From Octopus vulgaris (lineage: Eukaryota), in the NCBI GenBank assembly GCA_951406725.2, contig OX597820.1:86366001-86430000 (forward strand): a stretch of 64,000 nt of DNA, written 5' to 3'. Below are positions 11,801 through 25,189 of this stretch, in pieces. The notes beneath the pieces were generated by a model that searched no databases, was not told where the DNA came from, and saw only the letters and a list, made by a program, of their open reading frames with translations. Both the position numbers and the translations under genes were made by a program. The first letter of the stretch is position 1, and every line of letters starts with the position of its first letter.

Positions 11801-14800
11801 AATTTTTGCCGAAAATTTTCCCCAAAGATTTGTCGAAAATTTTAACCAAAAATTTTACGAAAATTTTCCCCCAAAATTTTTCGAAAAGTTTCACTGAGAA
11901 TTTTACCGAAAAACTTTTCGAAAATTTTCATCAAAAATTTTCCCCAAAAACTGTTCGAAAAATTTTTCCAAAATTTTCCCCAAAAATTTTTCGGAAATTT
12001 TCTCCGTATATTTTACCCAATAATTTGTCGAAAATTTTCACAAAAGATTTCCTGAAAATTTTCATTGAAAATTTTACTCCAAAATGGCTTTCGGTACTTT
12101 GCGATTTTGGCACCGCTAGCCTTCAATACTATGAGATTTTGGCACTGCTGGCCTTCCATACTTTGTAATTTTGGCACTGCTGGCCGTCCATACTTTGTGA
12201 TTTTGGCACCGCTGGCCTTCAATAATTTGTGATTTTGGCACAGCTGGCTTTCCTTACTTTGTGATTTTGGCACGGCTGGCCTTCCATACTTTGTGATTTT
12301 GGCATTTTCACCAAAAATGTTTCCGAAAATTTTTCGAAAATTTTCAACGAAAAATTTCCCCAAAAATTTTTCGAAAATGTTCACCGAAAAAACAATATCG
12401 ACGTTTATAGACTTCAGCATATGGAGTATATTAGATCTATTTTGGGGTAAAATTTTCTTTGAAAATTTTCGTTGAATATTTTAGAAAAATTTTTGGGTAA
12501 AATTTTCCGTAAAAATGCCAAAATCACAAAGTATGGAAGGACAGCGGTGCCAAAATCACAAAGTATGGAAGGCTAGCGGTGCCAAATTCACAAAGTATGG
12601 AAAACCATTTTTTGGTTAAATTTTCAGTGAAAATATTCGCAAAAATTTGATGAAAATTTTCGACAAATTTTTGGGTAAAATTTTCGGTGAAAATGCCAAA
12701 ATCACAAAGTATTAAAGGCCGGCGGTGCCAAAATCACAAAGTATTGAAGGCCAGCGGTGCAAATATCACAAAGTATGGAAGGCCAGCGGTGCCAAAATCA
12801 CAGTGTCGAAAGACATTTTTTGGTAAAATTTTCAGTGGAAATTTTCGGAAAAATTTGGTGAAAATTTTCGACAAATAATTGGGAAAAATTTTCGAAAATT
12901 TTTGGAAAAAATTTTTGGTAATTTGACCAAAAATTTTCCCAATAATTTGTCGAAAATTTTTACCAAAAATTTTCCGAAATTTTCCACTGAAAGTTTTACC
13001 CAAAAAGGCCTTTCCATACTTTCGGTGAAAATTTTCAAAAAACCATATAACGAAAATGCTCCATATGCTGAAGTCCATAAACGTCGACATCGTCATAGTT
13101 GTTAAGTGTAAAGCAGAATCTGGTGTATCATGGATGGTGAGGCATCTTGACAGTAGTAGTAAACCAGAGTTCACTCTATATATACACAGAAAGCAGCCAC
13201 ATGAAACTCTAGTTTTAGCAATAACATAAATGTATTTTTGGGTAAAATTTTCGTTGAACATTTTCGAAAAATATTTGGTGAAAATTTTCGTTGAAAATTT
13301 TAGAAAAATGTTTGGTGAAAATTTTCGAAGAATTTTTGGGTAAAATTTTCAGTAAAAATGCCAAAAACACAAAGTATGGAAGGACAGCGGTGCCAAAATC
13401 ACAAAGTATGGAAGGCTAGCGGTGCCAAACTCAAAAAGTAAAAAAGGCCAGCGGTGCCAAAATCACAAAGGATGGAAGGCCAACGCAGCAAAAATCACAA
13501 ATTATGGAAGGCCAGCGGTGCCAAAATCACAAAGTATGGAGGGCCAGCGGTGAAAAAATCACAATGTATGGAAGGCTAGCGGTGCCAAATTCACAAAGTA
13601 TGGAAAGCCATTTTTGGGCAAAATTTTCAGTGAAAATTTTCGACAAATTATTGGGTAAAATTTTCGGCTAAAATTTTCGACAAATTCTGCGGAAAATTTT
13701 TGGGGAAAATTTTCGGTGAAAATTTTCGAAAAACCATATAACGAATATGCTAAATATGCTAAAGTCTATAAACGACGGCATCGTCATAGTCGTTTAGTGT
13801 AAAGGAGAATCTGGTGTATCGTGGATGGTGAGGCATCTTGACAGTAGTGGTAAACCAGAATTCACTCTATATATACACAGAAAGCAGCCACATAAAAATC
13901 TATTTTTGGCAATAACATAAATCTCTTTTTGCTTAAAATTTTTGGTGAACATTTTCAACTTGTAAAATTTTCGGTGAAAATTTTCGAAAAACAATATAAC
14001 GAATATGCTCCATATGCTGAAATCTATAAACGTCGACATCGTCATAGTTGTTAAGTGTAAAGCAGAATCTGGTGTATCATGGATGGTGAGGCATCTTGTC
14101 AGTAGTAGTAAACCAGAATTCACTATATATACACAGAAAGCAGCCTCAAAAATATCTATTTTTTGCAATAACATAAATCTATTTTTGGGTAAAATTTTCG
14201 TTGAACATTTTCGAAAAATGTTTTGGGTAAATTTTCGTTGAAAATTTTCGAAAAATTTTAGGTGATAATTTTCGAAGAATTTTTGGGTAAAATTTTCGGT
14301 AAAAATGCCAAAATCACAAAGTATGGAAGGACAGCGGTGCCAAAATCACAAAGTATGGAAAGCCAGCGGTGCCAAAATCACAAAGTGTGGAAGGCCAGCG
14401 GTGCAAAAATAACAAAGTGTGGAAGGCCAGCGGTGCCAAATTCACAAAGTATGGAAAGCCATATTTGGGTAAAGTTTTCAGTGAAAATTTTCGACAAATT
14501 ATTGGTTAAAATTTTCGGCGAAAATTTTTGAAATATTTTTGGGTAAAATTTTCGGTGAAAATTTTCGAAAAACCACATAACGAATATGCTCCATATGCTA
14601 AAGTCTATAAACGTCGACATTGTCGTAGTCGTTTAGTGTAAATCTGGTGTATCGTGGATGGTGAGGCATCTTGACAGTACTACTAAGCCAGAATTCTCTC
14701 TATATATACACAGAAAGCAGCCACAAAAAAATCTATTTTTAGCAATAACATAAATCTATTTTTGGGTAAAATTTTCGGTGAACAATTTCGAAAAATATTT

Positions 14801-15865
14801 GGGGAAAATTTTCGCAAAACTTTCGAAAATTTTTGGCTAAAATTTTCGGTGAAAATGTTCGAAAAATTTTCGGAAAATCTATTTTTAGCAATAACATAAA
14901 TCTATTTTTGGGTAAAATTTTTCGGTGAACATTTTCGAAAAATATTTGGGGAAAATTTTTGGAAAATTTTTGCTGAAAATTTACGAAAAATTCTTAGTTT
15001 AAACTTTCGGTGAAAATTTTCGAAAAAATATATAACGAATATGCTCCATATGCTGAAGTCTATAAACGTCAACTGTTGTATCGTGGATGGTGAGGCATCT
15101 TGACTGTAGTTGTAAACCAGAATTCACTCTATATATACACAGAAAGTAGTAGCGGCAGCCACATAAAAATCTATTCTTAGCAATAACATAAATCTATTTT
15201 GGGGCAAAATTTTCGGTGAATATTTTCGAAAAATATTCGGGGAAAATTTTCGGTGAAATATTTCGAAAAATTTTCTGGTAAAATTTTCGGTGAAAATTTT
15301 CTAAAAACCATATAACGAATATGCTCCATATGCTGAAGTCTATAAACGTCGATATCATTTTCGGTTAAAACTTTCGGAAAAATTTGGGGAAATTTTCGTG
15401 CAAAATTTTCGGAAAATTTTTGGTGAAAATTTTCGAAAAATTTTTGGGTAAAATTTTCGGTGAAAATTTTCGAAAAATTTTTGGGTAAAATTTTTGGTGA
15501 AAATTTTTGAAAAATTTTAGGGTATAACTTTCGGTGAATATATTCGAAAATTTTTGGGGAAAATTTTAGGCAAAAATTTTCAAAAAATTTTTGTGTAAAA
15601 TTTTCATCGAAAATTTTCGAAAAAATATATAGGGAATATGCTCCATATGGTGAAGACTATAAACGTCGACATCGTCATAGTTGTTAAGTGTAAAGCAGAA
15701 TCTGGTGTATCGTGGATGGTGAGGCATCTTGACAGTAGTAGTAAACCAGAATTCACTCTATATATACACAGAAAGCAGCCACATAAAAATCTATTTTTAG
15801 CAATAACATGTCGACGTTTATAGACTTCAGTTTTTCGACAATTTTCACCGAAAATTTTAACCATT
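8840..15865. repeat. Complex modular satellite with fold-back organisation (32-bp unit TTTGTGATTTTGGCACCGCTGGCCTTCCATAC; 12-13-bp AAAATTTT-centred units; ~200-bp module)
   Basis: All three unit types read in one orientation from 8840 to ~12430 and as reverse complements from ~12435 to ~15810. Higher-order period ~610-630 bp in the left arm (AAATTTTCATT.AAAATTTTA...AAAATGGC near 9850, 10470, 11096, 11445, 12057). Confidence 0.93.
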
Positions 15866-15996
15866 TGTAATATACGTATGTCCATACGCACGCACATACA
15901 CACATATACACTCCCACACACCATACTCACATACACACACACGCTTGCGCACCTTAGTTTGTGGGGTTCATCGTTATCCTTATTATTATTATTATT

Positions 15997-16550
15997 GAGT
16001 GAGCGAGCAGAGCATGCAATCAAAGTGACACTGGGGTAAAATATATGAAGCCCAGTATACCCATCATGACTACGCGTCTGATAAGGGTACACCAGGCACA
16101 TGCATCACAACCATATGTGCGCGACATGGTGATCTCATATCAAGATAAACAGCACATGACCTTGCAGGTGGAGCCCAGTTAGAATTTTCTTCAGATCGAG
16201 TAACCCATCCCGCTCAAAAATTCCCTGAATAAGGGTTGTTTAAGGACGTTGAACGAAACACCCATGTTTCCAGAGGTGAATTATTCAAACCCCAAAGAAT
16301 CCTTTTCAACACATGGCTATGATGCTCCCCCACTACTTCTGCTCGTGATCAGAGATGCACATATCGTCAGGCGCTAAGGGACATGCTCAACTGGTTAAGG
16401 TCAAACAACTGACAAGCAAATCTGTGGTATTGAGCAGAATATTTGCTGTAGCCCATCTTTTATACCAAGACAAAACAATGTACATGATAACACTTCCAAT
16501 CAGTTAAGATCAGAAGCCATGAGAGCCACTGCCTGGTACTGCATCAGGGC
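15997..16550. mobile_element. Second copy of element E (single unit)
   Basis: GAGTGAGCGAGCAGAGCATGCAATCAAAGTGACACTGGGG ... GAGCCACTGCCTGGTACTGCATCAGGGC; same two ends as 2122-2899. Confidence 0.88.
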
Positions 16551-17588
16551 AATACTCCTCCAGTGCTGTTCTGACCTCGTTTACAGAATTCATAGTTTTT
16601 CTGTCCAAATGATTTTGAAACCTGCCAAATAAATGAAAATCAGATAGGGCAATATCTGGCAAATATGGTGGGTGGGGTATCGTTTCCCATTTAAACTGCT
16701 CCAGCCTTTGGAATGTCATCCTCGCTGTATGTGACGGAAGAACACCTTTCGTCTTGTAGCCAAAGGTGGTCATTTTTCTTCTAGCGCTGACTTAACCTGC
16801 TGAAGCTGCTCGCAGTATATTTCCTTTGTTATCGTTTGGTTTGGATTTAAAAGTTCAAAGTCGACTGTGGGTGAAGACTTTCTTTAGCCTGCTTTGCTGG
16901 CAATTCTCCTTGGGCGCTTGATACTTTTATAGAGATCCATTTTTCGTCACCAGTAGCTATTCGGTCGAAAAAAGTTTCATTCGTGAGACGTGACAGCAAA
17001 GAAGAGCACACATTCACTCTCTGCGTGTGATTAAACTCGGAAAATTTGTGATGAAACCATTGACCCAATTTGCTGACTTTTCTGATGGCACGCAGGTGTC
17101 GATAAATAGTTGAATGACCAAATCCAAGCTTCTCTTCTAGTTCCTCAACAGTTACAATGGGATTTTGTTCCTCCAGGTTTTGCAGGACGCCCTCGTCGAG
17201 CTCTGCAGATCTTCCAGGACGAGGCTCGTCTTTTAGACTGTAGTTTCTGGCTCGGAATATCAGGAACTACCAGTGCCACTGGCTTACGCTCATTGTCCGA
17301 TACCCATATACTACATTAATATTCCTACCACTGTCCGTCGCGTTGTTGCCAATATTGAACTCATAAAGCAAAATATGCCGATTATATCCCTTTGTCACTT
17401 CTATTATAGCTCTGAAAAAATAACTGCTGAAATCGAACTGCAGTTTTGAAAACTTACATTACGAATAAGGACAAGGTAAGCTTGCTACCTGCTTTTATAG
17501 CAATTTGATGCAAGTAGTTTATGCCGTTCCCCTCCGACTTTTAGCTCATGCAATTGAAAAACCGCATAATTTATGGGATAACCCAATA
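16551..17588 (-). mobile_element. Mariner transposase pseudogene (main body) with 5' TIR
   Basis: Minus translation: RHILLYEFNIG...SLKDEPRPGRS...TVEELEEKLGFGHSTIYRHLRAIRKVSKLGQWFHHKF (WVPHEL-like)...FFDRIATGDEKWI...WETIPHPPYLPDIALSDFHLF (YSPDLAPSD-like); disrupted by stops and deletions. Confidence 0.93.
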
Positions 17589-18229
17589 TATTTACCCCCC
17601 ACATACACATACACAGATACACATACACACACACATGCACACACATATATATATATATATATACATACACACACATAAAATACATAAATACAATATATAT
17701 ATATATATACATATGTATGTATGCTTGCATAGTATTATGAAATCATTATCAATTTTATTATCGACGTTAGTAAAAAGTAGTTGTGAGCACTTAATCACAT
17801 TTCACCTGCTGTTAACATAACCATGTTAACATAGCCATGTTACCTACATTCTTTTCCTCCCTCTATGTCTCTCTTTTCTCTCTTTCTCTCACTCTTCTGT
17901 GTCTTTCTCTTTCCCTCTCACTATCTCATTATCTTTCCCTTCTCTCTCCCTTTCTAAGATTATTTGGTTATTTACTCGAAACATATATACGATGGGCTTG
18001 TACAATATTGTGTCTACTAAATTTCAGTCACACTTCATTTTCAAACTAAGGTAATTGTCGAACAACCATTGACAATACGAGCCCATGTTCGAATCTTCGA
18101 GAGTATATGTCGTGGCTAAAGTTTCTATCGTTACACTGTGTATCAAATAATGTGGTGTAGCCCTGATGTATATGTTTATTTGAACTCCTGTGGTTATCCT
18201 ATATATAGTTCCTTTAGTTTTAATCAAAG

Positions 18230-18480
18230 TCGATCAAGATGTCAGGTTATTAATGAATCTGTCTTCTTGAAGGAATTACGCGCCTAGAATGAGGAACGCG
18301 TTTATATTGTTTGTAAGGAGGAACCCACTGAACAACATCGGACCCTTTTTCTAGAAGGTTTTTTTGTTTATATAATGGAAGCATAATATGCATTGAACTG
18401 AGTTGCCAATTCTCGTGCAGTGGCCTTTGGATTTGATTGAAGTATGCAAGGTCATGACAATATGTAAATGTCAAGAAGTA
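18230..18480 (-). mobile_element. Possible very degenerate 3' end of a CR1/L2-type LINE
   Basis: Minus frame EKGPMLFSGFL... resembles the RGPxLFNxLP motif near CR1-group ORF2 ends; weak. Confidence 0.35.
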
Positions 18481-19134
18481 AACGTATAATAGAGATAACT
18501 ATTAATAATTATTTTAAGGGTATAGTTCATCATATTGGTTAGTGTGATACCACTGACTAATTGAGTAAATTGTTGTTGCTTTCATTTAACCTCAAACCAT
18601 TGATAATGAACAGACCTTCGATCAAATGTATTGTAGCAGTGAGCATTCTATCCTTTTAGTGGTATGTATCCTATATGTCCATCCCTTTCTAAAAAATAGT
18701 ATGACGAAAGCTGAAAGAAATTTGATCGTCTTCGCTGGTTGGTTTTCTGAAGTATGGTTCCTGTAGGAAAAGCATGACCCGAGAAAATGTTTCAGTTCAC
18801 TATCATTCTAGATAAAAATTGAAGGCAAAATCTTTAGTGATAGGCTTGTTGGGATAAAGAGTGTCGGATAAGCAAATGGAAACGAGGGTACTTGAGAAGA
18901 CTGTGAAGCAGTTTCTTACATTCGAGGAAGACCTGGGTAGAAGAGACTGTTTGTCCCACTTAACCATATATTCTTTTTTGTTTGTCAGGTTGTAGGGGAG
19001 AGATGTTATGCTCATGGCCTACGCAAATACTACAGGTTTAGGAAACGTGGGTGGTTCTGCCTGTAGAAGCAGCACCTTATATATGTGAGCTAAACTCAAA
19101 TAAATAGATGTGATCCGTATGAAATCAGCAACTA

Positions 19135-19371
19135 ATTCTTTTATTCTTTTAGTTGTTTCAGTCATTTGACGGCGGCTATGCTGGAGCACCACCTTTAGAC
19201 GAACAAATCGACCCAAGGACTTATTCTTTGTAAGCCTAGTACTTATTCTATCGGTTTCTTCTTGCCGAACCTCTAAGTTATGGGGACGTACATACACCAG
19301 CATCAGTTGTCAAGCGATGGTTGAGGGACAAACACACACACAAACATATGCACACACAAACATACACACAG

Positions 19372-19410
<39 letters not shown>

Positions 19411-19588
19411 CGATGGTATTCTTTCAGTTTCCATCTACCAAATCCACTCACAAGGCTTTGGTCGGCCCGAGACTAGAGTAGATTACACTTGCCCAAGATG
19501 CCACTGCGTGGCGCCTTCGGCAAGTGTCTTCTACTATACCTAGAACTATGTGGTTGATAAGCAAGCCACTTACCACACAGCCACTCCC
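19135..19588 (-). mobile_element. tRNA-derived SINE, family B (head GGAGTGGCTGTGTGGTAAG...), with internal (CA)n/(TA)n
   Basis: Colinear with the + strand copy at 59168-59545 and the copy at 42375-42775; tail ...CAAATGACTGAAACAA.TAAAAGA. Confidence 0.88.
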
Positions 19589-20367
19589 TACAATGGAACC
19601 AAACATTTGGGTTGGAGCTATAGGTATAGAAAGATTTCAGAAAATAAAATGGTAAGGAAAAAGTCAGTAAGCAAGCGACTAAAGATATTTACCCATAGAG
19701 CGGGGTCTGACGAATCGGTAGATAAATAGAGGTAAGTGTAAATTACAGAAATAGAGAGGCATGTTGACAGCCTATAATGGTGAAGAATCTTGTGGTACAA
19801 AGAACAAATTTCTAAATATGAAAATAGTGGCTACAAGTTGCTATAAAGTCTCAACATCTTATATATATGAACTGTTAAAATATCATTATATAATGATGGT
19901 TAGCATTGAAAGCATTAGCTCCAAGTTTTCAGATCGAAAATAATATTCTTTCGCCCATCAGGGACCAACAGTAGGCATCCTCTCAACGAGACATTAGAAA
20001 AGAACTACCAACATTAACACGTGTACTAAAACACATTATTCAAAAGCAAGTGTGCGACTTAGAATATGGTTGTCTGTTCCTGAGCACAATGAAATGTATA
20101 AAGAGGATTTGAACTTAGATGCCTATGAGCAAGATGTGAAATAACATTCTTTAGTCGATTATTTCACGTTTGCTCACATAATATGACCATATATGGAATA
20201 TCTCCAGTATGAGAAATGTAAAACAAACGTTGTGCATAAATGTGTGCTTTCTCCGCCAACACACTCTATGTATATATGTGTGTGCGTGTTTGTGTGTGTG
20301 TACGTATGCATATACATATGTGTATATATATGTATATATGTACATACGTATATACATACGATCATAC

Positions 20368-20435
<68 letters not shown>

Positions 20436-20522
20436 CATATAGGTTACTGTGAACTCACAAAGTAGATCATATAAATACATAATTAATCAAACACACAACA
20501 CACAAAAACGCGTATCAATTTA

Positions 20523-20595
<73 letters not shown>

Positions 20596-21558
20596 GTAGG
20601 TATGTATGTATGTATATATATACATGAAGGTATGTTGGTAGGTACTCGCTATTTGTGTGTGTGTGCACGCGTATACACGAGTAAGACATCTCTATTGAAA
20701 TATATCTATACGTGTGTCTTTGTGTACCAACGTCTGCGCTCATATTCCACATCATCGCTACACATACCATAAATTCCATATACACACGTATAGAGATATC
20801 TGCACCTACATATACACACACTTGAGAAGATATCGCAAAAAATAAAAACCCGATCTGTTCAAATCAATATATCTCGCATTTTACCAATATTTTTCAGTCT
20901 GTTAAGTTGTTTCAGATATTTTTCTAATGATACTCCATAATTCAGATCACTTGTCACGAAGCATCTGAAGAATTTCACTTCCAGCTACACAGTACTACAC
21001 AGACTGATAGATAGGAAGACCGACAGGCAGACACACATACAACACACGCGCACACTTATCCACACATATAAAGATAGAGTGACCTCTGTTATTCATACAA
21101 ACACACACTCATACATATGTCTATGTGTAAGTGTGTGTGTGTGTACGTGTGTGTGTGTGTGTGTATGTGTGTGTGTATTTGCACGGAGAAGAGAATAGGC
21201 AGGTGAGAGTGAGAGAAGTGAAATTTAAAGAGGGAAGCAGAGAGTAATATGAACCAAGAAAGAGAGGGCAGTGGAGGAGAAACTGAAAGTGAAAGCGAAA
21301 GTGGAAGTTACTTTTTCAGACTTATTTTAGATCGCCATATTGTTCTTTAGCTTCCTTTCCACTTTATATTGTTATTTTTATAACGGTATTTTTTTTTGGC
21401 CTTACTCTATTTCCTCTTCTCTTCATCTCGACTTTTGCTTTTTCTTCTTCATGATTATCTGTCTTTTTTACTTCTTTTTTTACTACTTCTTATTATTATA
21501 AGTCTTATTACTCATCCACACCCACACCATTTCAGTATTTTTGAAGCTTACTACACAC

Positions 21559-21606
<48 letters not shown>

Positions 21607-21697
21607 GTATATGCTTATACACACATATACACATTATATTATATATATATATACATATACATACATACACACACACACACACATACACACACACACA

Positions 21698-21742
<45 letters not shown>

Positions 21743-22097
21743 CTATCTAAGTCGTATTATAAATTAATTTTTTCCTATTTACCAGGGTGTCGTCGTGACC
21801 TAATCGAAAGTTTGCAGACACTAGTCAATCGTATATCAATAGTTGATGAGAAAACGGTGAAGAGATAGAGGAGACGGGAAAAGTTGGACGATAAAGTTAA
21901 GAAGAAGAAGCAGGGAGTGGAGCAGGATAATAGGGGACACTACGAAATATGTGTTTGATATATGTTTGTTCTATATGAAAGTATAAACTTAGCGAGAAAT
22001 ACTAAGAAATAATTGACGATCTCCTTCGTTCCTCAATTACGAAAGAAGGAACTGAAGTATTTGTATTGTGTACATCACTTCAGCCCATATATATATA

Positions 22098-22651
22098 CGA
22101 GCAAAAGGCCCCCCCCCCCGTCCAATGGACGGTGCTGAGTTGTCAAACATTTAAACCAAATTTTCTCATAACACCTTGTCCGACCGTCCTATAGTCCTCC
22201 CCTTTGAGAAACACTGATTTAACCTAAATTTGAGATACCAGCAAATGAAGAAATAAAGACAGTCTTGTTTCCTATTCCAAAGAAAAACGATTTTATTCAC
22301 ACAAATATGCAACCGAAGAGTTTAAAGTACCAGTAATGATATGGCTGTTGACTAGGAGAACACAAATATGGTTTAAACAGCGAGCTTGGCAGGAAAGAAA
22401 CGTGACTTTAAGCAGTAGAAAAACAACAATAAATGTAAAGTGCAGTTATGTACAGGTTGACGGAAGAAAAGCAGGACAAAAACAGCTTTATCGATCGCAT
22501 TCTCACCTGGAATCGATTTTTGTAATTTTTTCAAGACTTATTACCCCTTGAAACCGTCGATATCAACATATCAAATTTGACCGGCGCAATCGGATGGAGG
22601 ATGCTCGAAATCCTAGAAGACACACACAGACAGACAGAACGGATTTTATAT

Positions 22652-22655
<4 letters not shown>
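22098..22655 (-). mobile_element. Candidate non-autonomous Helitron
   Basis: Minus 5' end TATATAATATAAAATCCGTTCTGTCTGTCTGTGTG resembles the 26511 Helitron start. Perfect hairpin CCGTCC-AAT-GGACGG (22118-22132) lies ~16 nt before terminal CTCG|T, a variant of CTRR. Confidence 0.5.
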
Positions 22656-22723
<68 letters not shown>

Positions 22724-25189
22724 TTGTTCAACTCAACCAAAAGAGAAACCTGAACCTGGCCAATGTTCCGCAAATCTGTTGTACCAAGAACATAATAAGC
22801 CACAAAAACATCTGTATGAATGACCAAGGAAGAAATCTGTAAAAGGTATCGTTCTCAGGAGTTTAAAATTTCTATGAGATATTTAGCTGTTACTCTTTGG
22901 GTCGAGATATGCGGAAAATTTTGAAATTTATCTTATTAGATCATTAGCTGAATCATATTTAGATACAATACTAGTTGTCTCATAACATTTAATTGAACTG
23001 ATGAAATCTATTAGAGAATCTATCTACATGCACCTATTTGCTGAAAAAGTTAAATATTGCACAAACTAAACACAGAGCAATATACTCGAAACTATGTAGA
23101 AATACTGCGAAAACTTACATAGATGAAAGCCTTAAAACTGAAAATATAATTAACAGCAAAATAAAATTGCAAGCGTTCCACTTATAAATAGATAACAGTA
23201 TCGAACGTCTAAACATTCACTTGCCACTACATCAAAGAGCAATGAAAATTTTATTTATCCAGCCCCAAATTTACACTAATGAACCAAAAAAGAAAAAAAA
23301 AATTAGCATATTTAGCAAATACATTTTTGACTCCATAATGTGATTCTCCCCTTCACACGCACGTGTACCGCCAATTAAATACCAACCGCACACACACACA
23401 CACACACAACCAGTTTTTTAATGTATACATTACGTAAACATTATCATGCGCCCGCACGTAGATGGCATTTTAAACGACAGTGATCATCAGCATATTGAGA
23501 AAAAAATAAAGACTGATGCTATCTGATTGGTTTTAAATTTGTTTTCAGCACACAAGTAGGTAGTCACGTGGCCCTCAGCGCTATTTGTTATTCAACACGC
23601 ATCAGAGGAAATTATAGATTGACCTCCATATCACCATTGATTGAGTGTCAGTGCAAAGAATTCTAAATATATTTAGGGATCAAGAGATGAAGAATTGAGT
23701 ATATAACATGAAAATCACCAGTTACACTAAATATTTCTACTTTTCAATCAAAGTAGAATATCAAAATTGATTAAAATGCTTTGTTTATATTTTGGTTTGT
23801 TTTGTTTGTCATTTTGGCACAGTACGTATACTTTCTTATCACACATACTCAGCTATATGCTCTTCTTGCAGAAGGTGCCCCTCGATAATGCTCTCGCGTC
23901 ATTATTTTATGCTATCGAACTAGTGAGTCTGTTAAGAATCTGTACTAAGTATTAAGAACTAAGAAATTACACCTTCTCTAAGTCATTCTGTTTTTGGAAA
24001 GACTAGAACTATTTCACTGAGGAGGCGTCATAATAAATATATGTACAGAGACGCGAGTAGATTTACAAAGACCGTACTCTCTATATTGTATCATCATCTT
24101 CAATTCTCAATGAAGTTGTATTTGGGAGTTAACCTCCTTGTTTAACAAAAAATTCATTAAGAATGTAATTAGAATTAATAATTTCATCCTTAGACTGTAC
24201 TTATTTCGATATTTCGGCACAACTCCTAAGAATTTTAATATTGAATACTTCCTAATTAAAAAAAAAAATTATCCTAAGAATTTTAATATAGACACAGTTT
24301 ATGTATGATCGTTTCATTCTTTTAATCTTTTACTTGTTTCAATCATTTGATTGCGGCCATGCTGGAACACCGCGTTCAATAAGTTTTGTTTAGAAACAAT
24401 GTGATTATCTGCTACAGTAACAAACGCAATTATAAAATCCTTGTCTGTTATTTCTCTATACTTTGTAGTATACATTGGATTCTAAGAGTGAGTGAACGAA
24501 ACAGTAGGCCGATTGTGTAACCCTGTTTGCGATACATATGCCAAATAAATAGTAGATTCTTATCTTCTGCACAGTTCTAACACATGAGTCTAATAATACA
24601 TTTTACGTTGTTTCACATAAAATTAAAGAAATTTAATTATATATAAAAGGTGTGTCTATGTATGTGTGTGTGTATGTGTGTATGTGTGCATGTGTGCGTA
24701 CCATATATCGATATGTACAGATTTCAAGTATATTTACAAGAAATTCAAACGCCCACACACACACACACACATATTATATATATGTATACATGCATATGTG
24801 CGTGTACGAACGAGTGATTGGACGAACGGAAGGAATCGGCACTGAGTAGGTTTGGTATACGTTACACATATTCTTTCATAACTGCTTGATTCGGCTCCAT
24901 GTATCATGAATTTTGTTTGGTCGTCAAACGAATCTGCGTATGCAGGCTCATAGATATCAAATCAAACTGCTAATAAATTATATATATATGAATATATATA
25001 TATATAGATATATATATATTAAATTCAAATTACGATGAACGTAAAGAAACAAGCGAAGTTTGCTTTAGAAGCGTTGAGATGTCTTAGAAAGTTAAAGAAG
25101 TGATCTTAAATTCTCAAACACAGGATGATGCTAATAATATAGCCCGAAGAGGATAAGCTACCCCTATTTTGTAGAAAAAAAAGTGTTAG

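Noticed and set aside
8840-14460. 32-bp repeats as a CRISPR array
   Set aside because: Units are directly adjacent with no unique spacers, context is eukaryotic, and there are no cas genes.
8757-14531. Repetitive 'MEGQRCQNHKVWKASGAKITKYGRPAVPKSQS' and 'FENFHRKFSPK' ORFs as real proteins
   Set aside because: The 32-aa period is three 32-bp units read through all frames; ORFs occur on both strands and in several frames, with no splice or codon evidence.
9230-15620. GAA/TTC-rich units as heat-shock element arrays
   Set aside because: Dominant spacing is GAAnnnnTTC and TTCGAA, not the nGAAnnTTCn pentamer phasing HSF requires.
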